From contig MU053629.1 in the NCBI GenBank assembly GCA_013239625.1, forward strand, positions 2,693,567 to 2,757,566: DNA of 64,000 nt, in the 5' to 3' direction. Under the pieces are notes generated by a model. The model made no database searches. It had not been told where the DNA came from and saw only the letters and a program-made list of their open reading frames with translations. Shown in pieces: positions 39,105 to 50,450 of the stretch. Position 1 is the stretch's first letter; each line of letters starts with the position of its first letter. This DNA is from Lama guanicoe. Its lineage: Eukaryota. The position numbers were made by a program, and so were the translations under genes.

Positions 39105-39603
39105 TGTCTTAGGGCTCTCCAGAGAAACAGAACCAATGGGCTATATAGAGAGAGATTTACTGTAAGGGATTGGCTCCTGCAGTTATGGAGGCTTAAGAGG
39201 TCCCATGATCTGCTGTCCTCAAATTAGAGGCCCAGAAACCGGTGGGGTCCAATTCAAACATTAAAACCTGAGAACCTGGGGAGCCAGTGGTATAAGTCAG
39301 TCTGGGTCCAAGGCCCAAGGCTCACATTCAGGAGTGCCACAGTCCAAGGACAGGAGAAGATGGATGTCCCAGCTCCAGCGGAGTGAAGTTAATTTTCCTT
39401 CCAGCACCATTTTTGTTCTGTTTGGGCCCTCCATGGATTGTATGATGCCCACGGCATTGGCAAGGGTGATCTTTGCTCACTCTAATCATTCAGTGCTAAT
39501 CTCGTCCAGAAACACCCTGACAGACACACCCAGAAATAATGTTTTACCAGCTATCTGGGTATCCTTTAGCTGGTCAAGTTGATACATAAAATTAACCATT
39601 ACA
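39105..39603. mobile_element. MLT2-type (ERVL) LTR
   Basis: ctctccagagaaacagaaccaat...cacacccagaaataatgttttaccagctatctggg...aaaattaaccattaca. Confidence 0.8.
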
Positions 39604-40134
39604 TTCACCTTCACCACTGAGTTTCACCCTCATAATCACTCCATGTAGGAAGCCACAAAATGTGCTCTCCTGACCATTTACAGACCCAGAGCACCTTGGA
39701 CTGCTTTTGTCCTGACCTGCAGCTTCCTTGTCTCTCCTTGGATGATAACTCCTGCCCACTGTCGCCTTCTTGGGTTGTTTCTCTCCAAGGCTGACAGCCA
39801 GGACAAAACGATTCATATAACCCCAGAAGAAATGTATGCTCAGGGTGGTGCAGGGCACAAGGTCAGAGGAGTGGATCTGGGATCACCATCCATGTTGCCG
39901 TTCAGCCCCAAGAATTCTTCACATTGCTTTAAGATTTTGCTTTCAAATGTCTCAAGATTTGCCTTTGGGGTCCTCCATACTGGAGTATGGAGCAGGGGGA
40001 GGTCATGCGGGCGGGGGCTAGAGATTAGGGATGCTTTGACCTAACTGCAGATTCCTTGATTCCTGTCTCCTCTTCCCTGTGAGAGAAAAACCCGACAATC
40101 CAGTCCCTTGGTCAAGTGAAAAACCAAGCCCAGG

Positions 40135-40316
40135 ACACTGCTGCATCCCTAGCTCTGCACTGTCCAATATATGGTAGTCTCTAGCCTTGTTGGCTATTTA
40201 CATTTAATAAATTAAAACTAAATAATATAAAACATTCAGTTCCTCAGAGGCACTAGCCACATTTCAAGTGCTCAACAGTCACATGTGAGTCGTGGCTGCC
40301 ATTTTGGACAGCACAG
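40135..40316. mobile_element. MER3-like hAT MITE
   Basis: ctgtccaatatatggtag...cactagccacatttcaagtgctca...attttggacagcacag, with inverted ends. Confidence 0.75.
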
Positions 40317-40769
40317 AACACAGTCATTCCCATCACTGCTCCCCTAGGCAAGAAGCCACACCCCAAGGCAGGAATCACCGAACCACCTCACTTCCAACAG
40401 GGAGGCTGGGCTGAGCCCGGGGCATAAGGAGCAGTGGCCAGGGTGAATGTTTGATTTCGGGAGAGCTACAGAGGACTCCTTTCCTGCCTCCCTTTAGCTG
40501 ACTGTCTTTCTACTTTGCAAAACAAAGGTTTTTCCTGTCATCCATCTTAAAGCTTACCCAGGTGCACCCTAAAGAAATCCAGAATGGAGGATACAAAAAC
40601 TTTCTGGGCTCCCCAAAAATGTCAGTTTTAAATATTTGCATCTATTGTGAAGAAGAGGATGAGTCTGGACAACAAATTCCTTTGTAAATTTAAAGAATTC
40701 CAAATCTGTTCTTTCAACAGAATTTAAAGAGGACTTAGACCAGTAACATCTAATAGTTCATTATATGGT

Positions 40770-41390
40770 TGTATAACCCAGTAGGACCCTGCGGGGCCTT
40801 CCCAGGACAGACACCCTCATGTCCACTGCCTGCCTCTTGTTTGTAGAAAAACTTTAGCCTTCTAGGCCTTCCCTGAGTTCCAAAGAATAAACTTAATCAG
40901 AGAAGTGAGAGAATGCAGAAACAAAGGAAAACAGTCAAGCAAAACAAAAGAATAGTTTAGCCATTAAATAAAGTCAAGGACCTTTAGTTCCTCCCCAAGT
41001 GCTGCAAATAATATTCTGAGCCATAGTCTTTGAGCTCTTTTGCAGATACTGACAGCCCCAGCACGTGGAAGAAGTTAACTGTATGCTGCCCACAAGCAAG
41101 TAGGAAAGTTGGAACCAGGTTCATGATGTTGACTCCCAATACCTCACCACCAGCCAGTCAGAAGAATGTCCATGAGCTGATCACATACTCGGCAACCCTC
41201 TCCCTCACCCTGTCTTTTAAAACCTTTCCCTGAAAGCCTTGGGGAGTTCAGGTCTTTTGAGCCTTAGCCTCCTGGACTCCTTGTTTGGCGCCCTGCAATA
41301 AACGCTGCACTCTTTCTTCACCACAACCACGCGTCAGTGGACTGGCTTTACTACGCATGGATGAGTGGACCCAAGTTCATTTTGGTAACA
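40770..41390 (+). mobile_element. Solo ERV LTR (~620 bp)
   Basis: TG...CA ends (tgtataacc / ggtaaca), AATAAA at 41297-41302, U3-R-U5-like layout; interrupts an older AT-rich element. Confidence 0.65.
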
Positions 41391-42070
41391 GTAGTGCAGT
41401 AGTGAGTGACACTGTTGAAACCCTTTCCATCTATTGATTTATGGGAAAATGTTTCTTAGGTCACAGCTATAAAAATGGGAATAAAAAGCATTGAAACTAA
41501 ACCTTGTCTTCTCTAGCAATAAGTAATATGCATCCATCTAATCAGGAGATGCAGTTCCAGTAAAATGACACTTATAGGTTTAATAATTATCAATATTTGC
41601 AATATATTTATGTTGTATTGACCAAGCATGTGCTAATAATTGTAATGTCAATCCACAAGAAAAACATTAGTGCATAAAATTTAAGTTCAAAAGATGTGAA
41701 AAAAGTTTTAAAATTCAATTGATGTACTTATTTTGTCATAGAAAAATACGATTGGATGATCAGTAAAATACTTTCAGGTATAAAAATACAATTGTATTAA
41801 ATTCTTGGGGAAATGGAAGTGGAAAAACAAGGTCAAGAAGCAAAAGGAATTATGTAAAAACTTTTTAAAAATTATGTTGGTTGGTATCAAATTTCTTGGG
41901 TATTTATCTTCCACTGATTACAATTTAAAGTGATGTAACAATTTAGACTATCAATATTTACAATGCACAATAGTCATCCTTTACATCTATTTAAACATAT
42001 CGTATCGCTAGTTATCTTATGAAAGCTGTAATGATCTTTAAAATGTGCAAAAGGAATAGATTTTCAAAAT
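41391..42070 (+). mobile_element. hAT-Charlie transposon fossil (3' part)
   Basis: ccctttccatctattgatttatgggaaaat translates to PFPSIDLWEN, resembling the PFPSTYLCE motif of the hAT dimerisation domain; degenerate and AT-rich. Confidence 0.45.
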
Positions 42071-42413
42071 TCTTTCGCTGAGGTCTGAGAGCAAGACGTT
42101 AGAATCCCTGACCTTAAAAGAGGTGAGCCTTGTAGCAGGAGTTGAGCACTAAAGGGAAGCAGTGCCCCCCCTTGTGGCCAACATAGAGGCTGCAGGAAAA
42201 AACGAGCAAGAAACAAGAGCCTCGAGCAGCTCCCTCCACTGCGGAATATGGAAGGGTCAGGTGTTGTTCGTATGCTCAGACCTGCCACTTGTAGCTGTGG
42301 CTTCTGGGATCCGGCCACACAACAAATAGGAACCAGAGAGCAATCCATAAGAACGGGTAAGACTGATTTAACATTACTCTCTTAACGTAGACCTCCACTG
42401 GAAGAGACTAGAG

Positions 42414-42422
<9 letters not shown>

Positions 42423-42443
<21 letters not shown>
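42423..42443. repeat. (GAA)n trinucleotide run within an A-rich tract
   Basis: agaagaagaagaagaagaaga. Confidence 0.9.
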
Positions 42444-42446
<3 letters not shown>

Positions 42447-43159
42447 ACAAAAACAAAAAAACCCATTCGATAATAATCCCGTGAATACAGAAAAAATTTA
42501 ATAAGCTCAAATATCCATTCATTAGATATAGATATAGATTCATAGACATATATAAACTTTAACATCTGCCTAACAATGAAAAATACCAACCAAAACCCTG
42601 GAACAAGCACCACGTGCAACAGAAAGTGTAGTAAACTTTCCCTTTAGAGTCAGGAAGAAGACAAGAATAAATCACAATTTCAATCAAAAAATTCCAATAA
42701 AGGTTTTTATGTTTTATATTTTTTAGGTATGTCTTGTATCACATAATAGTATGAATTATTGCCAGAAGTGGAAGTAGCAGACACAGTAAACAATGAAATT
42801 ATACCGGCCCCTCAAACCCCATATTTACAATCAGAAGTGGGTCCAGGCTTTGGATTGAGAAGACCTGGAAACTCCATGATGTTCTATGGAGTCTGGAATG
42901 GCTAAAAGCCAAAGTTAACCTTCCTTGTGGTTCTCCAATCAGTGAAAGCTGCCCAGGACCCTTCCAGAATGAGGCTGACCAAAGGTCCCCTACCCTAGGA
43001 GCACGGAAACACTCTTTAAGGTGTTCAGAGAGTTGCTCCTTTCACGTCCCCTCAGTGCCTTAGCCTCTGGCCAAGCCCTGTGAGGTCAAGCTATCATCAT
43101 AGGGCGGGAACGCCACATCTCCGTGGGTCTCTTAACTGCCGATTACATGGTGAAATACA

Positions 43160-43525
43160 GCAAGAATGCAATAGTATTAAAACAAATGTATGTGTGAATG
43201 AATCCTGCAACCATTATGCTCAGTGAAGGAAGCCGGACACAAAAACCCACAGGTTGTTTGCTTCCATTTATATGAAATGTCCAGAATAGGCGCTTTAGAG
43301 ACAGAAAGTAGGTTAGAGTTTGGCAGAGGCTGGGGGATGGGGGGATGGGGAGGAAATGCTATCGGGTACAGAGATTACTCTAGGGGTGATGAAAATGTTC
43401 TAAAATTAGACTGTGGTGGTGATGACTGCTAAAACTGTTACTACGCTAAAAACGATTGAATTGTACACTTTAAATGGGTGAGCTGTATGGTAAGTGGATT
43501 ATATCCCCAAAAGCTGTTTTAAATA
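43160..43525 (+). mobile_element. L1M 3' end fragment
   Basis: ttccatttatatgaaatgtccagaatagg...ggggtgatgaaaatgttctaaaattagactgtggtg...attgaattgtacactttaaatggg. Confidence 0.8.
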
Positions 43526-44309
43526 TACATTAGGCAAGTTTAACTCAAGTATATGTCAAACCTGATCGACTTGTTCGCAAAAGAACGAGCAAAATGAAAA
43601 ACAAACGTGTCAGTTCAGAGACGGTGTCAAGGTTGGAAGAGGAATATTTACACAAGCCGCCAGAAAAAAAAAAAAAGCCGCAGTTTCCTTTCCTGGTTCT
43701 GTTCCCACAATCGTTAAGGAGGAGGCTGCGTAGGCTGGTCAGAGCCGGTATCTGAGCGTCTCAGAGACTACACAGCTCATTTTAAAAACATAGGATGAGA
43801 CCCGAAGTCTGAAACTGGAATACAGGATTTCATCGCCAAAAGCAGCATCAGGTGAAGCAGGAAACCTGAGACCGAGCGCGCAAGCTCCAATTTTAAACAG
43901 GACACTGCTACAAAATTTTCTCCAACGGCAGAATATCCTAGAGTGTACATTCTGGCCGTGCACCGTACAAAACAGACAGAACAGCCGCGCGCCCACCACG
44001 CAGCTTAAGAAAAAGGAAATTGTCAAACTTTTAATACCCCCTGAACGCCCTCACTCCACCGAAGAGAGGAACCAACGTCTTCAATTTTGTGTCAATCACT
44101 TACTTGCTTGTTTTTTTTTCAATTTAATAACACAGTCTTTAACAGAAATCAAACTCAGACGTACAAATGCACAAAACAAAAAAACCTTAGTCGCTGCTCA
44201 GTCCGGCGTTTAGATCCCAGGCAGCCAACCCTCCGCTTCGCCCCTTAATGGTGACGCAGAGGCACTGCACGAATATCAGGTTCTTTACTTGAGGACGCGT
44301 ACTCTCTGT

Positions 44310-44333
44310 ATTTGCATACCCACAGTGCACTGC
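44310..44333 (+). promoter_or_regulatory. snRNA distal sequence element: octamer plus SPH
   Basis: ATTTGCATACCCACAGTGCACTGC at about -212. Confidence 0.88.
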
Positions 44334-44460
44334 ACACAGTACAAGTTTAAAATGGCAAAATTAAAATTTTTCTTCCAACTAAAGTTTTCTCAAGTTAGAT
44401 CCTTTATTTACAGAGTAATTAAGAAATTTTTGTTCAGGCACTGGATGTTGGTGTTAACTA

Positions 44461-44480
44461 GCCACTATCAGTGTTCTAGG
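44461..44480 (+). promoter_or_regulatory. snRNA proximal sequence element
   Basis: GCCACTATCAGTGTTCTAGG at about -61. Confidence 0.75.
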
Positions 44481-44521
44481 AGTTTCTGTTACCCGAGGCT
44501 TGTGTTACAAAGGCTTCTGGT

Positions 44522-44638
44522 ATACTCTGGTTTCTCTTCAGATCGTATAAATCTTTCGCCTTTTACTAAAGATTTCCGTGGAGAGGAACAACTCTGAGTC
44601 TTAAACCAATTTTTTGAGGCCTTGCTTCGGTAAGGCTA
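44522..44638 (+). ncRNA. RNU5B-1: U5 spliceosomal snRNA gene, second copy (positional counterpart of RNU5B-1)
   Basis: Full-length U5 sequence with 7 substitutions relative to the first copy; loop I, Sm site and 3' hairpin are intact. The symbol is assigned by gene order only. Confidence 0.96.
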
Positions 44639-44645
44639 CTTAAGA

Positions 44646-44661
44646 GTGTCCAAAAGTAAGA
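44646..44661 (+). terminator. snRNA 3' box-like element
   Basis: GTGTCCAAAAGTAAGA just after the U5 end. Confidence 0.55.
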
Positions 44662-44879
44662 TTAGTGTTTCATTCTCCTATAGTGCAGCCTTCATAATTT
44701 AAAGCTTTTATGTCTTTCATAAAAGGGGGTTTGAAGCACTTTTGCTTAAACCTATTAATGTTAAACCTAGCCAGTTACTTTAGTGTTGTAGTGCATCTAT
44801 ATGGGATAGCGTTTATTATGAATCTTGATCTTTCACTACTGTAGAATTTTTTTTTTTTTCCTGAGCTTGTGTAAGACAA

Positions 44880-47680
44880 GTGTGGAATAAAATCGCAGAT
44901 ACCTAGGGTAGCCGGGCGTAATTTTCCCTAAAAAGGCTGTATCCACTTACATTTCCACCAATGGCGTGTGCATATTCCCATTGCTTCTCGTCCTTATTGG
45001 CCCTTGGTATGCTCAGACTTTAATTTTCGCCCATCTGGTAATCATAAAATGATATTTTACAGTAGTTTTATTGTATATTCTTGATTGCTAATGAGGTTGA
45101 ACTTTTTTTTGAGTTTTTTTTTTATCATTCATGGTTTCTCTTCTATGAAATGCCTGTACTTGTATTTTGCCCCATTGCCATTTTCTAAGTAATTATGACT
45201 TTTTTACACATGCCAGACTCTGAAGACTTTAGTAATTCTGTTAGTTATATGATTGCACTCACCTCCCAGATTATGGCTTCCCTGTTCATTCTTATAGTGT
45301 CTCCTGGTGAACTGGTCTTACTTCCAAGGTTGTCAGATTGATCTCTATTCTGATTTGTACTTTTTGTGTTTTATTTAATAAATTCACTATTTCACATTAT
45401 TAAAGGAATTCTTTATTTTTTAAAGTTACGCCTTTCATATTTAAATCCTTGATTCATCCGGAACTGAATTTTTGTAAACAGGGTGAAGTGTGGATCATTA
45501 TGTAACCGCCGCCCCCTCCCCAATGATTGACAATCATCCAGCTCTATTTATTGACTGGTATTTAATGAGTGCAGCTTGATGAGTTTGGAGTTAAGTACAG
45601 ACTCGTGAAACCATCACCACAATCAATGCCATAAACATTCTGTGCTCTCTATTCTGTTCCATGGCTCTAATTTATCTATCCCTGACCTAATATCACACAT
45701 TCTAATAACTTTGGGTTTGTAATAAGACTTGAAATCTGGTAGGATTAGTCCCTCTCATTGGTTTTCTTTTCAGGAGTAAGCGGTATCCTTTGTTCTTCCG
45801 AAAATGTTTAGACTTGCCTTGTTGATATCCATGAAAATCCCTATTGGATCTGAATTTAATCTGTATGTAATTAGAATTGAATTTCATCTTACTCATGGAC
45901 ATGATTTGTCTCTCCATATGTTTAGGTCTTCTTTATTATCATTCAATAATGTGTTAAAATATTTTACTAAAGATCTTGCACCTTTTGTTAATTTTTAAAA
46001 TTTCATTTCCTAACTGCACTCCTGTTACATAGAAATGCAGTTGACTCTTGTATAGGATCTCATATCTGGCAACCTTACTTGACTCTCTCATTAACTCTAA
46101 TAATTTGTATGTAGGTTATTTTGAAATTTCTGTCTACACAATTTTTTCACCTCTACATTTCTGACATTTATACAAATACAGTGTTGGTATTATATATAAT
46201 GCGAAGTAGAACCTCTTTATCTTATGCCTGACTTTAGACTGCTTCTTGTTGGGGGAGCTAGTTAGTGTTATTCATTAATTTTTTTTAATGGAGGTACTGG
46301 GGATTGAACCCAAGACCTCATGCGCACTTGAGCACATGCTCTACCACTGAGCTATACCCTCCCCCGCCAAAGGGACTGCTTTTAAATGCTCCTCCATTGA
46401 GTATTTTTCTTGTGGTGTTTTTTTTTATCAGATGTTTGCTTATACTCTCAGTTTACTAAGTTTTTACTGCATCTATTAGGATGATTATGTATAACTTTTC
46501 TCTTTTAAATAGTTAATGTGGTGAATGGCATTGACTGATGTACAAATGTTAAGCCAATCTTGCTTTCCTAGGATAAGCTCAGGCTGCTGTGACAAGATAC
46601 CATAAGCAGGGTGACTTAAAACAACAGAAATTTATTTCTCACAGTGCTGGAGGCTCTAAGTCTAAGATCCAGGTGCCAACGTGATTCTGGTTCTGGTAAG
46701 GGCCCTCCCTCCCAGGTTTCAAAGAGCTAGCTGACTTGTGTCCTTTCAGCGCTGTGACTTCCTCTCGCAAGGGCACTAATCTGAATTACTCCCATCTCTT
46801 AAACCATCACATGGGGATGACGGTTTCAATATAGGAAACTGGTGGGAGGGGACACAAACATTCAGTCCACTGCAAAGCCCAACTTGGTCATATCATTTTC
46901 TTTAATTAAGATAGTTGATTTACAATATTATATTTGTTTCAGGTGTACTTAGTGAGTCAACATTTTTGTAGATTATACTGCATTTAAAGTTATTAATAAA
47001 ACGTTGGCTATATTCCCCATGCTGTCCAGTGTATCCTTGTTGCTTATTTATTCTATACATACTAGCTTGTACCTCTTAATTCCCTGCCCCTACATCGCCC
47101 CTCCCCGCTTCCCTCGCCCCACTGGTAACCACCAGTTTGTATGTGAGTCTGTTTCTGTTTTGTTATATTAATTGTTTGCTTTATTTTTTAGATTCCACAT
47201 ATAAGTGATAACACACAGTATTTGTCTCTCTCTGACTGACTTATTTCACTAAGCATAACCCCCTCCAAGTCTATCCATGCTGTTGCAAATGGTAAAATTT
47301 CACTCTAGGCCTGCCTGACCCTTTGCTAGGGATTTATGTCTTTATTAGTTATAGACATTCAGGTTTTCTATTTTTTTTTTCTTGAGTCAGTCTTTCTAAG
47401 AGAAATACAGGTACATAGATAATATATTTTCTGCAGTTTTAAAATTTATTGGCACACAGTTGGGCATCATAGTCTGTTATTTAAGTCTCTGGTATCTCTC
47501 CGGCTATGTCCCTTTTTTCATTCCCAGCATTATTTATCCCTTCTATTTTTCTGATCTTATAAATCTTGTGCTCCATTTTATTATTTTTCTTTTTCAGAGA
47601 ACTACCTTTGGAGTTTTATCTTCCACTCCAGCGTATCTTTTCCTTCCTCACTAATTTCTGCTTCTGTCTCCAATCTACTT
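44880..47680 (-). mobile_element. Old L1 remnants with nested SINE, MLT1 LTR (~46570-46870) and younger L1 3' end (~46890-47300)
   Basis: Antisense L1-like sequence; MLT1 motif aacaacagaaatttatttctcacagt; L1 motif tttagattccacatataagtga. Confidence 0.65.
46250..46368 (-). mobile_element. tRNA-derived SINE (vic-1-like)
   Basis: Reverse-complement head ...ctctaccactgagctataccctcccc; GACTGCTT occurs on both flanks. Confidence 0.82.
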
Positions 47681-50292
47681 TTCTGTTTACTTTCTCTCCC
47701 CTTTTCTGTTTACTTTCTCTCCAGTTTTTCTATTGCTTCAAGAGGAATTTTCGTGGCACTCAACAAGCTGATTTTAATACTATTTTGGAAAAGGAAAAGA
47801 TGCAGACTCTCCCTTTCCAGTCTCTTACTGTGGTGATTTTAAGTCACCACACCTGGTTTCAAATGGTCTGCTAGCTGTTACCCTTATCCCTGTGGCTTGG
47901 CTTTCCTCTCAGACTAGAAGCTTCCCTCCCCAACCAAAGCCTTTGTCTTATCGTCCTATAGCCCCTGGCCGGGACTGAGAAAACAGTAGGTCCCAGGAAA
48001 TGGGCGGGGGGGGGGTGAGGGGGAAGACAGTCTCCCATGGCAATCTTCTCTGTGAGAAAATGGAGGTAAATATCTGTCTGCCTGCCTTCACAAGGTGTGG
48101 TGGGAAGCAGATGAGAGGATGGATGCAAAAAGGAGATGTTTAAAGTGCTATGCAAAATAAAACATTGTTCTAATCTTCCAAAACTAACCAGTAGCTCAGG
48201 GGCTTCCTGTGGCGACCCTCCCTGTGTCTTCAGTAACAGACGTGACCTGCTCGAGAAAGAGAGGCAAATAAAACCAGAACCCAGGTCAGAAACACACAGA
48301 GACAAACTCAAGGTCACACCTACCCTCACCCTGCCCCAGCCCCACATTTGCTCCAAACTCTGGAGGCTTAAGAGCCAATGGTGGCTTCCACACTGAAGCA
48401 TCGCTGAGCAGCCAGAACTGTGGGTGCTGCTCTGGCCGCACCATGTCACCAGGCAAACAGCACCCCAAGGATGCTAAGGATGAAGTTGGGCTGCACCCCT
48501 CAGGCCTGCCAGCCCTGTGCTTGCCCAGCCTCAAGGCCAAAGAAGGTGCCCAGAGTCAGCAACAGAGACATCAGTGGTTTAATGGATGGGGGAGCTTACA
48601 TGTGGGAAGCAAGGTCCTGGAGCAACACCCCATGGTGTGCGGCAGACGGCAGGCAGGATGTGGCCGCAGTCTTCGCTCCCCGGGGGAGAAGGAGGTTACC
48701 AGTTATAGAGGGAACTGACGTCAGGTTGGCTCATCGGTTACCAGGGAAACCTGCAGAGGAACATGCCCCTCACTGCCTCTTTGATAAGCTATCCTGGTGG
48801 AGATGTCCTGATCTGAAGATTAGAACAGTCACTGGCTGGGGCTGGGGGCAAGTCTGCAGGCATTTACTGATTAGGCTCTATGGTTAAGGTCAGTCAGGTG
48901 AGTAGGGTGTAGGTGAAGCAGGGACTGGCGAGCAGGGGATGTGCCGAGAGCAAGAGGGCACCCATATTGGGTGGCCTGGTCCTACAGACGGGGACCTCCG
49001 CTCAGTGATGGGGCCTTGCTTTGGGTGCCTTCAGGGGGTGAAGGGATCCCTCCTCTGGCCTCAGCCTGCCGCATAACTGAGAGGGCAGCCCCGCTCCTCT
49101 CTCTGCTTCCCCAGGGCCCAAATCTGCACCATTTGAGGTGGGGACCCCTCAGAGCCCAGAACCCCCTAGGTTCTCACACCTGCAAGTGCCAGCTACCTCT
49201 CCTTTCAGAGCCCACCCTCAAAACCCCTTCCCCATCCCGCCTTTCTACGCACAGCCCCGGAATGGTCTCCAGAACACACAGGGATTCCAGTTACACCCCT
49301 TTTCCAGAACAATTGAATTGTTGTCTAGGGGAGCCCCTTCCCCACCATGAAGAAGCCTCTCCATCTCCTCAAAGGTAATTCACCTCCTGAAGTGACACAG
49401 GGGATTTTCCGACCCTTTCTTTTGATGAAGAGACCAAAACCCTCTCAAGCTGGGTCTCTCACAGGGCTCCTGTCAGCCTCCATTCATTCATCCCATGAAA
49501 ATTCCTGAGACTTGCATCAAAAGACCCAAAGTACTAGCTCTTCTCACGAACCCCACATATCGAAAAAGTTTTGTCTACTGCATTTATCAAGAATTTAGTC
49601 ATTTCTCTATTTGTAATTAATTGAAAGCATATTGACCCACCCACTAGAGTTGTGATCAGCTTGAGGAGACCAGAGTCCCCTCCCAGAGCCCGGGGAGGAG
49701 GGGGTGGTGGAGAAGGCACAGCCAGGAACATATCAGAGCAGCTCCGGACTCCCGACCACCTTCTCCAGCTGTCAGGTGGCCTCAGCCCCAGCCTGGGAAC
49801 CTTGGGTCAGTAATTGCTGACTGCAGGGCAGACAACAGTCGGGGCAGCAGCGTTGTGATAAGAGCATGAAACTGGGCGGGGAGATGTGGGTTCTGGTCCC
49901 CACTCCGCCGCTAACTGGAGGAGGTCAGTTGTGAGAACTGTCAAAAGTCCAGAAATAGCAAAAGTAAAACCACCAAACCAATAAATAGTATTTAGTAAGA
50001 GTTTATTGTGCATATAAAAACAGTTCACGAATGGGGAGCTTCTGAATTCAAAGACTGATGTGAAGCTCAGTAGCGTGAAGTTACAGGACGGCTTATAAAG
50101 TGAAAATGAGAAAGTTATTAACCTTTACAGTCGCTGGTTATTACAATGGGGTTTCCAGATGGCAGGGGATTGGCTTCGAGGGATTATCTCAAACCATTTT
50201 TAAGAAGATGACTAAAGTGTCTTTTATGATTGTCAGAGGCATTAACAAGAAATAAGCAACAAAATGAAAGTAAAAAATTTAAAAATAAAAGA

Positions 50293-50450
50293 AGGGAGAG
50301 TATAGCTCAGTGGTAGAGCGCGTGCTTACCACGCACAAGGTCCTGGGTTCAATCCCCAGAACCTCCATTAAAAAAAAGATAAATAAATAAACCTAATCAC
50401 CCCTCAAAATAAAAAAAAAATTTTAAATAAAAAAAAACACTTAAAAAAAA
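50293..50450 (+). mobile_element. tRNA-derived SINE (vic-1-like)
   Basis: GGGAGAGTATAGCTCAGTGGTAGAGCGCGTGCTTACCACGCACAAGGTCCTGGGTTCAATCCCC plus an A-rich tail. Confidence 0.85.

Noticed and set aside
42160..42180. CTCF-like motif TGGCCACAAGGGGGGGCACT (minus strand)
   Set aside because: The G-run is two bases too long for the core spacing, so the match is weak.
50293..50370. tRNA gene-like sequences, including one with an apparent ACC anticodon loop, and similar heads at 15301, 24217, 37056, 46250, 52878, 56268 and 56929
   Set aside because: Each has the shared SINE tail, an A-rich end and often a target-site duplication. They are tRNA-Ala-derived SINEs, not tRNA genes.
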